A stretch of DNA of 64,000 nt from Octopus sinensis (lineage: Eukaryota). Positions 63,049 to 64,000 of this stretch are shown here, piece after piece (the stretch's first letter is position 1; every line of letters starts with the position of its first letter). Made by a program: the position numbers and the translations under genes. The notes under the pieces were generated by a model. The model saw only the letters and a list, made by a program, of their open reading frames with translations. It ran no database searches and was not told the origin of the DNA. Where the stretch lies: the NCBI RefSeq assembly GCF_006345805.1, contig NC_043002.1, positions 108,190,001-108,254,000 of the forward strand, read 5' to 3'.

Positions 63049-63569
63049 TGTCTATACTAAAGTGAAATAAATAAATAAATACAGGTGGTCAAAATTGACA
63101 ACAATATTTTACTGGTGTTATTTATTTTATCAACCTTGAGGAATATGGAAGCAAACTTAACTTCCTAAATTGAACTTGGATGTATATCAATAATCTAGTT
63201 AAACTCTACAGAATTTCATTGAATGAATATTCTAAGACTAGAAGGAATACTAATTTAAGCATAAAGCTTTCTGTTTATAGAAAGATGAAATGGAATTGTG
63301 AGACAATCATGCCTTTCCCAAAGACATTGTGAATGCAAAGAGACATGAAATAAGAACAAATGAAATTTGAAATCTATTCTCAAAGTCATCTTCCTAACAG
63401 CTTCTTTCTCAGTTACAACATGAAATACAAAATTGTCTTAAACTGATAAAAAGGTTACAAATATACAGGAGAGAAAATGATGGAATTCATACTTTTCTCA
63501 AAGACATGGTTTTGGAAACAAACTGAAATGTCCGTAGCTTGGAATCAAAATTGAGTAAAACTGTTACTG

Positions 63570-64000
63570 CAAGAAATCTGCTGGTGAAAGTGACCCAGGA
63601 ATTATTGTCAACAATGATCTGTTTTGAAGAATCCACATTTCTAAAATCATTAAAAATGCCCAAGGTGTCTCAGCATCACTAAAATCTTTATCAACTACTA
63701 ACCAACAGCTGTCTATTTAAAGTTATATTTGACACTACGATATGTCTACACAAATTGCATTTTTTCTCTGGAACCCCTATCTTGCTCCCATCATGTCCAC
63801 CAATATCAATTAACTTGAAGCTGTTCAGAGATGTGCAACCAGACAAATATCTTCTGTCAGTCACCATATCCTGAACGTATTGCTTCTCTAGGCATCAATA
63901 CACTAAAGTTTCAGCATTGAGCAACTGACTTGGAAGAAGCACACAAGATTATCCACCATCTTTCCAATAACAGCTTTGGCCCTCATTTTGAATTCAACAG
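63570..64000 (+). mobile_element. Degenerate CR1/L2-type RT C-terminal fragment
   Basis: DPGIIVNNDL..HISKII..WNPYL..LEAVQRCATRQI..YPERIASLG..AHKII, typical of the CR1-type post-YADD region. Confidence 0.7.

Overview
AT-rich, repeat-saturated eukaryotic DNA. The SINE, LINE and microsatellite repertoire looks like a coleoid cephalopod (Octopus-type) genome; this is an inference from family sequences. One host coding exon is supported: a 974-bp minus-strand exon (21542-22515) encoding the low-complexity N-terminus and first DH-domain helix of a PLEKHG1/2/3-type RhoGEF. The rest of the window is probably giant introns of this gene. It contains a decayed ~3.3-kb RTE LINE (APE + RT with an in-line PHD finger), RTE/BovB-like and CR1-type fragments, at least four tRNA-headed SINE families, piggyBac-type (TTAA) and hAT-type MITEs, a Helitron, a mariner remnant, minisatellites and long (TA)n tracts. 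Most notable are two hammerhead-ribozyme-bearing elements. (1) A tRNA-headed SINE-like family (4 copies, best at 41682-41918) carries a minimal type I hammerhead whose stem III is the palindrome ACGU and can form only in a dimer, as in Penelope-associated hammerheads. (2) A separate near-canonical type I hammerhead at 46467-46530 lies in a Penelope-LTR-like segment beside a (TA)n tract. Also seen: SINE multimers sharing diagnostic junctions across loci, a templated insertion with a 36-bp duplication, and many inverted-repeat pairs that could be dsRNA/ADAR substrates. All work was by eye; repeat boundaries are approximate (about +/-10 nt) unless TSD/TIR positions are stated.
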